Origin: Ascidiella aspersa
Taxonomy: Eukaryota
Reading direction: 5' to 3'
Assembly: GCA_963924565.1 (NCBI GenBank)
Contig: OZ004614.1
Location: forward strand, 17,794,001-17,858,000
DNA: 64,000 nucleotides
Under the pieces are notes generated by a model. The model had not been told where the DNA came from. It saw nothing but the letters and a program-made list of their open reading frames with translations, and made no database searches. This document shows positions 41,724 through 54,916 of this stretch, in pieces. Within the stretch, counting starts at the first letter, position 1, and each line of letters begins with the position of its first letter. The position numbers and the translations under genes are program-made.

Positions 41724-44700
41724 TCACCTCTGCTTGCTGTGGCGATACCCATAAACGCAGTATATTAGCATTCCTGAAAAAGTAAATAATTAAGTAATTA
41801 ACCAAAACAAAGGCAAAATAGCATTTTCGGCGCCACATTACACCAATGCATAAACCGATGTCAAATAGACAATATGATTTGCTGTCAGACGTTAATGCAA
41901 CAGGCTAATCGAAATGTAAACTACAATATTACTGTGTTGTTACAAAAAAATCACCAAAATAAGTTTTGAAGACCATTTATACTAATAAAAAGTCAGCGAA
42001 ACTACCTAACTGGCAACTAAAAAATATTATATAAAACGTTAAATTATATTGCCTTTGTTCAAGAGATTTCTTTGTTTACCAAACTTTGAAGTATTTTGGT
42101 TGTCTTACCGACGGCCATCCAGACAGCTAGTCGCAGCCACGTGAGGGGTTGCAGTTTCAGAATAAGGATGACGTTAATCAAAATGCTCATATAAGGAATG
42201 AACGGCACCGCGGGTACCTGAGTAACATCAACACTATTTAAGACAGTGCATGAAATGCATTTTTACAACGATCCCCATGCGGCATTTTTGAACGTCATAG
42301 TTGTCTTTAATACAGTTTTTTGTTTTTTGTTTTGGGGTCATATAGTTCACCTCATTAATTAGGCTATTAAACTAGGACCGTAATTCTGCCCGTTACATTA
42401 AACAGCACTCTTGGATTGTAATAGACTTTTAACGGCATTTTAACACCAAGTAAAATAAACACAAAATCTGTCATGCAGTATTATTGTAAACTGTTAGGCA
42501 CAAGTACAAGTGTACCGTTCCGCCAGCGCACAACAAGTGCTTGAAAAGCGTATTCGGTCTGTGCTAAGTTAATTTGAGAAGCAGCTTTAATTACCTTGAA
42601 CGTCCGTATGGCGTTGTCTTGCTTAAAAGCCGTAATAAAAAGCAAGCTTGCAAAGGCGATTCCCGTCATAGTTATTAAGGCGACCAGAAACCAGGCCTCG
42701 GCAATATAGCGATGCCCGAAGAGCAAGAGTGCTGAGGCAGCTGTAGCGAAAGCGATAGATATCAAAAGCGACGCGAACGGAAGAGTTCCGGGCTGGTAGC
42801 TCTGCGTCCAGCCGAACAAACGTCCAAAGCTAGACGCCAAAACGGTCGTCTTTATCGTCCCGCAAACGTTCTCGACCACCGAGTCAGAATCTTGGCTGTA
42901 AACCGCCTTTCGCTCGGCAATAATATTGTTGGAAGCACCGAAGCTCGTCTCTTCCGTGGCCCTAGATGCAGCTGGTGTTCCATTAGCTTCTCTTGCCTTA
43001 ACTGTGTCGAGACTTTCGTCAACGTCGTCCTCTTCAAAGGCTTCGTACCTGTAAAAGTTAAATATAACATATGAGTTTATGTGTTAAACCCATGGTGATG
43101 TTTGTGCAATAAATTTGTTCATCACCTATTTTAAAGTTAGGTTGATGTACGATCTGTTTATCCGGTTTTGGTTAACCTATTCACACAGTTGTGTTGGTCT
43201 AGTCATTCTTCGATGTATATCACACGGGTTCTGTTTTGTTGTTTTTTTAACATTATACTAAACGGTGAATAGTGCGTACTTTGTTGAAAAGAGCTCCTCG
43301 GAAACAATACCATACTAAACATTTCAAATTTCGGCTGTTGACATCGACGAACATCACAGAGTAGGCTATGGCTATTGTGAGAGCAAAGGTATTTCAGACA
43401 CCCAGTCACCTGGTGATGTCGTTGGGACCGTATCTGAGTTTGATGACGCAAATCGCAACAAAGGTGCAAGCGAGTAGCTGCCCGATCGAAATAAACTCGA
43501 CCAGAGTCGAAAGACTAAAGATCGCAGCCAGCAACATGCAGAACAATCCGCTGACCACAGTGGCTATAACCGGCACCTGTAAAACATTACACAACTATGC
43601 CAGAATGCCGGGTGCTCTTGCAAACGTTGTGGTGCCTTACTGACCGATATTAATTTATTCATGATTTAAAAACAAAAATTATCAGTCCCAAGATATAGAA
43701 AGTTGGACCTCTAAAATTTTAGGCCTTAAAACTTAAAATAAACTTTTGATTTGAATGTTCCCCCTTATATAAGTTATGTATGTTGGATGTAAAGTACCTA
43801 CATAAAATGAAAATATTAAATATGCGTTGAAGTAAGTCAGACATTTAGAAGTGTTCGTGAAAAAAGTATAGATAAGGGTGGATTTAAATAACATCGTATT
43901 TTAATTTCAGTTGCGCTATTTTTGAGGTAAACGGATTTTACTCAAACATTATAAACCCGAATAAAAAGTCTTTAATAATAATTGAAAACCACACAACAGA
44001 CTTACGCCGGTCTTTTCGTTGACTTTCGCGAAAGCGCTTAATATAAGTCCGTCACGCGCCATTGCGTAAATATACCGGGGCACGGTGATCATGGTGGCCA
44101 TGTTGGCCGAGGTCATGGCCGCCATGGCGCCGATGGACACTACGTATTGGGCCCACTGCCAGTTCCGTCCTACGTAAGCTGACGGAAACGGCGCCGTCAC
44201 CGAAACATTGTACCAGGGCTCCATAAGTGTGAGTGACGTCGACGCACTGACGTAGGCAATGACGACAGCGGAGAGAGAGATGAGGAGAGAAAGTGGAACG
44301 TCGCTGCGAAACGTGTACAGTTAGTTCTATCCCGAATACGTCGCCATCAAGAAGTCGTTATCACAAAAAAGCTAATCGACTTCCCGTGCACCTTTCATTA
44401 AATCTTGGGGTTTGAAATTAAAATTTATCTTCGGTTTAATTTGCGCATATAGTGTACTTTAATTTTGATAATGAATTACGAAGTCAAAAAGGTCGAGTAG
44501 ATCGACATCATCTTTATTAAGACGTTTCGATACGAGCTTGTATCGTCTTCAGTTAATGTGACTGAGAAGTAATTCAAGCATCTATTATAAAACATGGGAC
44601 GTAATTGTTATCAGTCTACGTTTAACTTTAATTTTGGTTGTCAACAATTTATATGATTATTTCCACCCACTTGTTAAACAAATAACACTTTAAATCGCCC

Positions 44701-47700
44701 CTATTCTAGTATTTCATAACTCAGTACTTTCGTCAAAAAGTAGTACTAATTCTCCAGAAATAATCTTAGTAGCGCGAAGCAAGGAAAAGTGTATACCAAC
44801 CGTTTGGGATTGATGGCCTCTTCATTGGCAGAAGCAACTACTTCGTAACCAACGTAGGAGAATATAAGGGTGGAGGCGCCACTGATCGTACCCGTGAAGC
44901 CAAAGGGGAAAAATCCACCTTTAACCTCTGTCCAGTTCTCAATTCGAGCCAGGTACATTCCCGTAACTGAGCACATTGGTGGATTAGTTGTCAACTATCA
45001 TATTTTTCATTACAATGGACGGCTCTGGTTGTGATAGAATGTGGAAAATGAAGCAATTATGAACGAACGTTACACACGTAGCCCTTTTAAGAAAAAAATG
45101 TGGGAAAAGTTTGTTGTATAGTCACGATAACAAATATACTGGTAGTCCAAGTTATCTTAAACGTTTCGTTGAAAAGTCCTCTGGTTAAATGATTAGTTTC
45201 CAAGTGATAACAATTCTAGCATATATCATTTTTAGGTATAATAAGAACAGATTTGTTACAAAAAAATATTAAAAAAACATTTGGCAAGACGCCTTTAAAT
45301 TTGATAAAAAAATATATAGATCAAGTCACATCTTGCTCGTATTGAGCGGTTGTATGAAATACAATGCTTATCGGTCCCTCAGAAGTTTAGGTTATGTCAT
45401 CTGAGTAGTGTTGCTGTTCTATCTTGTCCTTTCATTGAGGCCACATTTGAGGGCGGGTGGCGCAATCGTCACATCCGGAAAACAGCAAAACACAAACAAG
45501 TCTTGCGTCAAACTTCTCACAGAATGCATTGCGCCATTCTGGTAATTTATGAGCTTCTAACCAAATGTCAGTTTTATCATAAGTTAATGCAGTTCCATTA
45601 TTTAACGATTGCGGACTATTTTTGTTATAAAATGTTGTTAACTTCTTGCCCTGTATAGTTGCGTTTTTTGTTTTTGTCTTAAGCGATTTCTCTACGAAAA
45701 CAATTAAAAATCAAAATTTTGAAATTCCTTTCGCCGGGTGCGTTGCAATTTTAACAAACTTTCCCGAAGGCGTCACGAGAAAGAGTTTGAAAACTACTGC
45801 AATAATACAATACGAGATAACCCAGCTAAATATTAATGGTATTGTCCTAAGTCATGTCCATGCTGACATTGATATTTTGGGTAGGCCTATCAAATGTTTT
45901 AAAAGTGTAGCAAAAATATTTTATTTTTTAAACGATTTGCTTGAAGCCTGTACAATACAATGTTAGGTGTCTTTAAGTTCATATACACAGTAAAAATGTT
46001 TGGACTTGTGTTTTCTGTATCCCGAGAAGCAGTCGCATCGCTTCGAACTTCCCCACCCCTTTCCTGGGTCACAACAAATCTTGTAAAACTCACCAAAAAT
46101 AAAGAGCACGACTGTGATATTGAGCAGCGCAAATATCAAGTTAAACTTTGACGAGAGCTTGACTCCCGAGGCGACGACGACGGTTAAAACAGCCACTACC
46201 GCCACAGCGACAAAGTCAGGGTACTTGGCCACCAGGAGGGCGTCCATCGCACAACAACTCACAAAGAAGTTCCTTATCGGATGGCCAAGAAGCCCGTCCA
46301 AGTAACTATAACAAGAAGACGTATACGATAGACAATTCAATTTGTTTAAATGTTATACTTAACGTTGGTTGCATGAATGCACAGCTAAGGCCACAACGCA
46401 CACTGGTGTGTTTAAAGCAGTGCTTTCCAACCAGTGGGTCGCGACACATTGGTGGGCCGCAAAGCATTTCTAAATGTTAAGTTTCGCAATAATAGTAAAT
46501 TGCATGTGTATGCATTGTTTCTTTTCTTTTTAATTTGTTTTTCATTCGTTTGATCATATCTCGTTGTTGGTCGCTCAATAAAACTTGCATTAAAAGTGGG
46601 TTGCGAACTGAAAAAGGTTGGGAAGCACTGTTTTAAATGATATATAGCAAGTTGACGGGTGAATACAAATATGTAGACGTACAGATAAAGACATTTAAAT
46701 TTAAACATTTTGAAATCGTCTTACTTCACTCAGGGCTAAACCCATTCGTAATGGTAGTTGAAAGTGAAACGTACGTCGAATTCGGCTGTTCTCGTGTAAA
46801 GTCAAACACGCTAACTGAGGAGCAACAACTGCCTTTTTAGTATGGAAAGTTAAAAGGTGGAAGGTTTCTTGATATAATTAGCGATTTTGTGTAAAGAAGT
46901 AGCTTGTTTTTCTGTTTCAACGAAACTAGTACATGTATTTGTAGGCGTGCCTCGAAAAGGCAAGGCGTCATTTAAGCCACAGGAACAGATAAATCACACT
47001 GCAAATGATTGCAGATATTGCTTTTTGTGCATGCTTCTACCATACCAGCGCAGCACGCACCGGAAACCGCAGAGCACGTTACCCACAGTGACACAAGAGC
47101 TACTTTCCCTATATTCACCCACGTTAGAGCACACATGCAATTAAAATTAGGCGCATTGAGTCACCTCGTTGATTTGCAAAGAGGCTGATGCTGAATGGTA
47201 ATCGTTTTAAAACTAAATGACTATAAAACATTCCACTCGATGGTGTATAGTTTTAAGAAAGTTTTTAAAAGCGGGAAAATGTGTCGAAATCATGATACTG
47301 TCAGCAAAATAAACGCTATCAATGCATTCGAATTTGTTTTGCTTAGCACTGCTGAAAAACTTTCTTTTTTTTGCAGCATGTTTTAAACATTAAAGTTTTT
47401 AAACAGAAGCGCTAAAGTAAGGCATTTCAGCCCCATATGAAACATGTGAATACAAAACGTTTGAACCTTTTTATCTTAACCAGTATTTTTACCACAGGAA
47501 TTTTATCCCTTCGTTTATTGTTTTATTTCAATAGGCACGGTGCTTTCCCTCTCAAAAGGACAGATGGAGGTATTTAAAGATTGGGTTAACGCTCCGGTCC
47601 TTGGATTAACGAGTGTAGGTCATTTAAGCCCCGTAAATCAAACCCACCCGCTCCATGCTCTCGAAACTGCCGACACCGTTACCGCGTGCTCCAGTGCCAC

Positions 47701-49912
47701 GTTCCAGCCAATCAGAAACGCCCAAATCTCCCCCACACTGATGTAGGTGAACTGGTAGGCCGAGCCGGTGACGGGAATTCTTGCCGCAAACTCTGTCGAA
47801 CAATAAAACTGTACATTTTCTGATAAAAAACGCGTGGACAAGGTGTCGTGAAAAACCTTATGGTTAATAAAACCGGCGCCGAGTTTTATGCGCCATGTAA
47901 CTTCTTTTAAAAAAGTGAAGTAAACTTTTTAAGGTATGAAGCGCTAATATTTGACGTTAGAGAAATAAAAGCAAAACGCTATATTATATATGTGTGGAAT
48001 ATAACTGCTGATGAAGGTACCTCAAAATATACCTCTATTCAATCTCATGTTCATACTACGATTAGGCGTCGTAAACAAACAAGGTATGCTATTTCAAACC
48101 GATCCAGGCTATAGTTCCCACGAAATTGGAAAATAATAAATAGTCTGTTTCCACCCACAAATGACTATTATCAATGGGCGTCAGATGTAATAACAAAGGC
48201 GGTATTTCAATTGTTACCTAGCCATACGGAACTCGGTTGCAGCAGCATCAAATCAACCACCAAGTGACAGGTTAAATAACTATAATCACTATACTTTTGC
48301 GAAATAGATAACGATCGCTGACACTTTGTGTTGATTCCAACATCACCATCATACATAACGGTTAGGCGTATCGCTTTCCGACTAGTTATTTCAGTACTGT
48401 ACTCCAATATATAAAAAAAAAACAATAGAAAAAAACAACATCCAAGGGAAAGGTTTACCTTTAAATTTCAATTTGAAGACTGCTTTTACTAATCATGTTT
48501 GCCCGGTATAACTGCCAATATTGGCCAATTTGAGCAAAGAGTGGTTTACAGATTATTTTATCTATGGGCCTCAACTGTGAACGGGATTTATAGTGTGTGC
48601 TTAAAATGCAGCTGTTTAATGAAGTTAAGACTTACGATATTGTTAAGCAGGTCATTTAATCAAATTTATCGTTTTACAGCGCAAATTAACATACACGTGA
48701 GTTGGTAGCACTAAAAATACAACTATAGTTTAACAAAATTGCATCTTATTTTCACTACGGGCAGTCGTTTCTATAGATAACCGAAGGTGGGGTTTACCTG
48801 CGTAGCAAACCGCTGAAAGGGCCGACGCAAAAGCAGCCAAGACGTAGCTAATTACAGTAGAAGGTCCGGCCACGTTGTGGACAATAGTACCAGTTAGTAC
48901 GTACAGGCCCGAGCCTATCATACTGCCAATCGATAAGAACGTAAGATCGGCTAGGCCCAAGCATTTCTTCAGGTCTGTAAACACATAGAGCTCTCTAGTT
49001 AGGTATTTTTAACATAAACTACAAACTACAAAACACAAGAATTTTCTTACAGTGGTCATATGTTTATGTATAATTTCTAACCCCGTGAAATTACTAGTCA
49101 GGAAATATAAGCTTTTAAAAATGTTACAGGATAGAACCAAGTTTAGCATATGTAGCAGAAATGACTTCAATTGGTTACCAAAGGAAAATATGTGCATTCT
49201 TTGTAACAACCTTTTTGTCAGCCAAGCAAGTAGCAACCTACTCGTAAAAAAACGATTGATTTAGGACAGTGTTCGGCAAACTATGGGGCGCAGAGCCAAA
49301 TTTAGTGGGCCGCGAGTTACTTTTGAATAGTTTTATCTTATCACGTAGTTGTGGGCCGCGTAATAGCCGTACATTTATTGCACTTTATTTTAAAAGTTGG
49401 TGTGGTAAATCATTTTTAAATTGGCTCAGATTGGAAAGGCCCACGTTCCAAATGTGACCTGAGAGCCTGTAAAACTATATTTTTATCCAACTTTAACTAC
49501 ATGTAAGCGAAAAATTTTTCGTTCTTCGCGCGTATATTCTTCTTTTATATTATGTTTTACATTATGACATGGTGGTGTTTTGAAGCATCAAGGCGCCGTG
49601 AAATATTTAATATTAAAACCAAATATCCTTAATCCGCCACTGTTTTCGTAGTGGTTTTACGTAGTGGACCTTCAATAGCTCTGAAAAGAGTACTTTGGGC
49701 CTCGACAAAAAAGTTTGCCGGCCACTGGTTTAGGACATAATACAGAAACCCATTTGATTGCCTTAAAAAGAGGCGAAAGAGAAAATAATAAGAGCAATTA
49801 TATAACTTCTAAATATCACTTTAGACGTTCACTTACCGCTTCTCATCATATCAGACGATACCGCCTTTTTCCTTAATAAATTTGAGCCAAATTTCTTGCA
49901 CATACTCGCCAT
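41724..49912 (-). CDS. SLC7A4: Cationic amino acid transporter, SLC7A4 (CAT-4)-like; 10 exons, about 617 aa
   Basis: Exons: 49837-49912, 48798-48974, 47648-47792, 46094-46305, 44801-44966, 44006-44303, 43410-43576, 42595-43048, 42109-42217, 41724-41773. GT-AG, phases agree, 1854 nt. Motifs LKKCLGLADL..IGSMIGSGLYVLTG; CYAEFAARIPVTGSAYQFTY..GEIWAFLIGWN; GGFFPFGFTG; PRYIYAMARDGL; VPAVPFIP; YGYRHS. GSGLYVLTG and RAWSGYLD..H.IRNF resemble SLC7A4 most; the paralog assignment is from recall. Confidence 0.9.
44471..44625 (-). mobile_element. Hammerhead-bearing short repeat (Penelope-like terminal repeat or retrozyme remnant), copy 2
   Basis: Shares ggtcgagtagatcgacatcatctt..attaagacgtttcgat..gagcttgtat..cttcagttaatgtgactgag with 24513-24660 and 57960-58139. 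Boundaries are approximate. Confidence 0.7.
44516..44557 (-). ncRNA. Minimal type I hammerhead ribozyme motif, intact core, in a dispersed repeat (SLC7A4-like intron 5)
   Basis: Minus strand reads ATTAA-CTGAAGA-C-GATAC-AAGCTC-GTATC-GAAA-C-GTC-TTAAT. Helix I ATTAA/TTAAT, CUGANGA box, 5-bp helix II, GAAA, near-absent palindromic helix III (ACGT), GUC cleavage triplet. Confidence 0.7.
46418..46630. mobile_element. hAT-type MITE, same family as 63694-64000
   Basis: CAGTGCTTTCCAACC ... GGTTGGGAAGCACTG, GGGTCGCGA motifs, decayed TSD gtttaaag/ttttaaat. Confidence 0.85.
49267..49727. mobile_element. hAT-type MITE
   Basis: CAGTGTTCGGCAAACT ... AGTTTGCCGGCCACTG, TSD atttagga/gtttagga (7 of 8). Confidence 0.82.
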
Positions 49913-51009
49913 ATTTGCTGCTGATATTATTCCAGAAATTGAAGAAGAAGCAGTGCTATGCCCTTTTCTAGGCCCTGTTCAGATCCCCAGAAATTTGCAC
50001 GACTTCCAACAACAGAAATTAATATGCCTTACAAAAAGCTTTCAGCCGCAACTGTTGAGGAATTGGCACTATAGAATGTTTAACAGGTTAAGGTTTAAAA
50101 AAAAAACGGAATTATTGCAGCACATTCATGGGATTCGGTACAAATAAGTAACAAACCTTCTTATAGCTTGTTTATTGCAATGAACCTCTATTAACATAAC
50201 AATTAGGATAGCACACCAGGAGACTCTTGAATTGTAGACTACCTACTCTAAATCGACATGAAGGAATTAAAGAGTAAAGGGTGGAGCACTTATCTTTTTT
50301 CGAAAAATGTTTGGGTTGCCACCAAATAAATGAGCGTTACCAGCTGAACAAAAAATGCCTGAAAACATGGTAAAATGTGACGTGATGAAGAAGATAGCAT
50401 TGTAGGCAGTAGCACTACTCATTATGACCTGTTTCACCAAGACCGCAATGGTGAAAAAGTCTCTTTGTATATACCACTATATAACTTTAAATCGATACTA
50501 GCAACTCAAGATAAACTACATCACAACAATGGTTAAACAATACATATAACGAGTATGTTCGAGCTTTACTGCATTAATATATTTTTTTAAGTATTAACTT
50601 TAATGTTCACTTTAATGGTCAACCACTATAAACTAAGTTTTGTATCCTGTTTTTTATAGTATCTTACCTTATTATATTTTACTTTTAAGGCGTGACTTTT
50701 CTTTGTGACTGCTTAGCGGTGTATTATCTCCAGGCTTAGCGCTAAAAATCATTTTATAGTTCTTGCTGTTTTCATTTACTACACTACAGCATCGGGTTTA
50801 CATCTAGACTATATATTAATTCTTTTGAATTTCAGCTAACCATCTTTCATCTGTGAAACTATGTGTCTTAAAAAAGGGCTCAAACAGGATAGCACAGTAA
50901 GGAAATTGCCCAAACAAGATAACCAAGCCAGTGAGTTGGCGGGCACAAAACAAACATGCTAATGTGGTTTGGTCTGCTTAAGTCATGGCTATAAAAAATC
51001 AGTGACAAT

Positions 51010-51460
51010 CAGCCAGGCGCCGATGAAGATTTTTGATTTGGGCACGAATTTTTTTTCTGAGGCGACGTCACAAAGTTACATCATAACGTGAAAGTCTCAT
51101 CTTTAAGTAAAATCATAAAGAAGTAAACGTAATAACACCAAACAGTTCGTTTATTTTGTTTAAGGTTGCCCAGGCGGTACTTTCAATTTAAAACTACATG
51201 ATAAAGATGGTATCGATTAGCCCAATGTGAAAAAGATCATTAACTCGTTTAAGTGACCAAAACTCTCATTTTGGAGGTGCGCGATGAGACATAAGACGCT
51301 TTTGTACTAAAACTATTTTACAAAATAGGCTTTGACATACTAGAAACATAAATAATCGCGAAACAAATTTGAATTTTCGTAGCTAAAAATAGGCTAAACA
51401 AATCCAGTTTGGGTGGGCCATGGCAACATACTTCCCCACGACCACATGGATCCGCCCTGC
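51010..51460. mobile_element. Probable Harbinger-like MITE remnant
   Basis: The right end gggtgggccatggc...ggatccgccctg is the reverse complement of the gggcggat(a/c)c motif at about 35900. The internal gacgtcacaaagtt recurs at about 12115 and 13020. Confidence 0.45.
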
Positions 51461-54400
51461 AGTCACTTGTGGCTCGAAATAATTTGCGGGTCACACAGCA
51501 TACTGCATGATTGCTACGAAAGCCTAAACAGTTCATTTAGTTCAACACAAAAGTTTTAAACCATATCCTAACTGTTGAAAAACTTTTGCTGGTCTGTGGT
51601 TAATATTATAATACGCGAATGGAGAAATGTTGGAAAGCTCTGAACTAAATAATAAGCGGGCCACAGATAGTTATGCGACAAGGTCCTTAGTTTAAACTAG
51701 CTTGAGTATTTACTACTGCCAAACAGGTTTCTGGCTTATTTTCAGCGACAAACAACAAGGCAACATATGGACGTATCATGCGCAATTGCGCATCGTGATC
51801 TAATGGTGACTTCAGCTGCCGTTCACGATTTCGCACGATAGAACACAGCGTAATGATATTGCTTTAGGCATCACAGTTATCAACCTTTGCAAATTCGTGG
51901 CAATATAAAGTAAAAGCGTTTTCCACTATAAAAAGACCCTAAGAAATCATTGATAAAGACAACTACTTTTTTGGGTGATTATGGTATAATGCAATGTAAC
52001 CTTGTTTAACAGTACAACCCTGCCAACAGGAGTTTAAATTTCTCGTTTAACAGAACTACCTTCAGTTTTCACTCTAAACCTTGACACATGCAATGCTCAC
52101 TCCTTACTAGCTTTTCGAAGCAAACAATTTATGATTCACACATTAGTTTGTGGTCTGCTAACCACGGTGGTGCCTCGTGCCACTGCATTCACTACCATAG
52201 AATGTAAATTAGTATGCTGTCATCAGCACTGTGACAACTATCCCGCAAATAGTGCCTCACAGGTTTCCTTTATATGTCCACCAACAAATCGTATTTCTAA
52301 CTGTAAAAACGCTGCAGATTTTCAAGGAAACGCTTCGACTGATATTTGATAACATACACAGCGAGAAGCAGTCGTTTGCGACATGCTTTGCGCCAGTTGT
52401 CTACTCAACTTAATCATGGGAGCGTATCAAAATAACAAGCACGGCAATGGGAGATGCCCAATGCCTTTGAATTAAATAATACCTAAACAGTAAACTTTTG
52501 ATATTACCCCGCAAGCTAATCCTAAACCACAAAAAGCTTATACATATAAAAAAACGTTGCTATAAAAAGTGCGCTAAAATGTCCATTACACTGAAACTGT
52601 TTCTCGTCTGATACGCCCAGTCACCCACATATGGGGTTATTTTATCACTACTTAAACTTCTAACAAGCCCTATGGTACTAAATGGCATCAAGTTATTGAA
52701 ATATTTTATCCAACTGTTTAGCGTAGCCCGGCTTTGGTATAGTTGTCCTTTTCACGGACATGAAGACCAGCAGCAAAATATTCCTTAAAATCAAAGTCAT
52801 GCTAGTCATATATACCTAAGAAAATTCAGCCCGTTGTCCAGAAAATGCGTTTCACTTTTATAGCGAAGGCTATGCGGTGTACGTCTTGGTAACCAGACGT
52901 CGGTGTACCAAAATTACATACCGGTACTTTAAAAATTTGTTTAAAAATAATCAGGACCAAAATACAACGGGATTTTGAAGGGCGGAGAAAAACGAACTGC
53001 TTACGGCTTGTGCCTCTCTAGCAACCAGTTGAGCAATGTGCTATGTTAACCCACAGCTTGCGGGCAGCCCGTCGTAAAAATACAACTTAATACTGTCACA
53101 GAATAAGAGGCGCTTCGTCGAGGCACCGGAAGCAATAGAATGCTGACAACCGATGCTTTGAAATCATCAATCCGAGTGCTAATGCATCAATCTATCGATA
53201 TTTTAGGCTTGAGACCTCTAAACCAAACATGCTATACAATGCCAAAAGCCTAATTTGTTGAAATCAATAGCATAAAATTTGAGTAGTGCGATAGGGTTAG
53301 ATTGCCATCCCAGATTGCATAAACATTTCGGCCATAGACAATGTGCGTTTGCTAATTTTATCGAAATAATTCAATTTTTGCAGGATGTTCTTACATTAAA
53401 ATGGAAACAACAACAATGAAGTAGGCTTAACACTTACTTAAACATATTAGAAAAAGTTTGTTTTATTTTAATTGATCCTATTTACAGAGTTATTTTTTTT
53501 CAGCATTTTTTCGCCGGTGTTTAAATTAATGCCTAAAATAAACAGTCTACTACACTAGGGTTGTCAAGCTTAAGTTTAAGTGCTATCAATTCAGTAAAAT
53601 GAAGAAAACCGCAAGAAGTTTTTCAATCCTCTATTGAGTGTATTCTGTGGATGCCGATAGAAAAAAGCCATTTTTGAAACTATTTGACTTTACGATTGTA
53701 CTGTAAGCTATTATATAAAACAAATAGTAGTGCATCAATTAATTCGCTGTCGCTTTATATCTCATCGCAAGGCTTTCTTGTTTCAGCATTTGTCAGGAGC
53801 ACTGCGCAACTCCTTACGTAAACAACGTAAACAAACTCATCGTAACTGTTTGTAAAGTAAAAAAAACAAACAATGGCTTTCTTTCGTTTATTAAAAGATA
53901 CAGGTAATAGATGATAAAGGCAAAAAGTCAAAAAGTCAAAAATGCAAGTGTATGCTTTTCACGGTTTCGTAAAATATATATCAGAGCTTATCAAACCTGA
54001 CTTACACAATATTATGCTATCGAAACAGAGGAGTAGCTAAACAAGCTGTAGATTTGTTAGATTTACTTCAGGGTTTTTTAATACCTAACACTCCCCCACA
54101 AAATATATTAAAACGTGAGCCATGGGAAATTACCTTAATCATTTGCAGTATAATATAGCACGTTTTAATAGCTTGTACATTAAGCTGTATTGTCTTACAA
54201 AGCATTACCCAGCGTTCTTCGGTTTCTAAATGGCTTACTACTGTACAAAGTTCATAGGGAAAATCCCGTAGCCCCAACATACGCCCGTTCTATATGTTTG
54301 GCGATAATCACGGCTTGAGCTCAATGCTTCCAGATATTTCTAGATCATTAGCTGGCAAAAACGAAATCGGTGATTTCAACACGTGAGGGCTGATATAACG

Positions 54401-54916
54401 TTGGTCTACATCCTGTAACTTATGTAAAAGTGAGCTTTCCTAAAAATCTCCCAGTTAAAGTGAAGCAGTAAAATGTTTAATAAAAATGTCTACTCGACAC
54501 CACGCTGCGTTGTTTAGTTGTAAGGGCGTCGCCTATGATTCCCTTTCTTATCCAAACGCAATTGCGGTAAACAACAAAGGTACAAACAAACAAATGAATA
54601 AATAAAAATTGGATAAATTCCAATCGCTGGGTGCTGCGCAAGTTCAACAAACTTTTCCACGGGCGTTGCAGGAAAAATTTGTGAAACAAAAGTGTTTCGC
54701 AGCACTTTTCTGTTTTTCATGGCACATTAAACACACAAACAAGTTGGTGTGTTACGATATCTTATCTTGCTGCCATTTTCAAGTGGTTTGATTAGGAATA
54801 TTATAAATGCTTTCCAACACTATACATAATGATTGACATACATATATTTGTTAACATCGCATTTGCCCCGAGAGCGAAAAAGATCGAGAAACCATACCAC
54901 TACAGAGTGCTAATGC

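Noticed and set aside
45150-45195. CGAAACGT motif on the minus strand as another hammerhead
   Set aside because: There is no CUGANGA box or convincing helix II.
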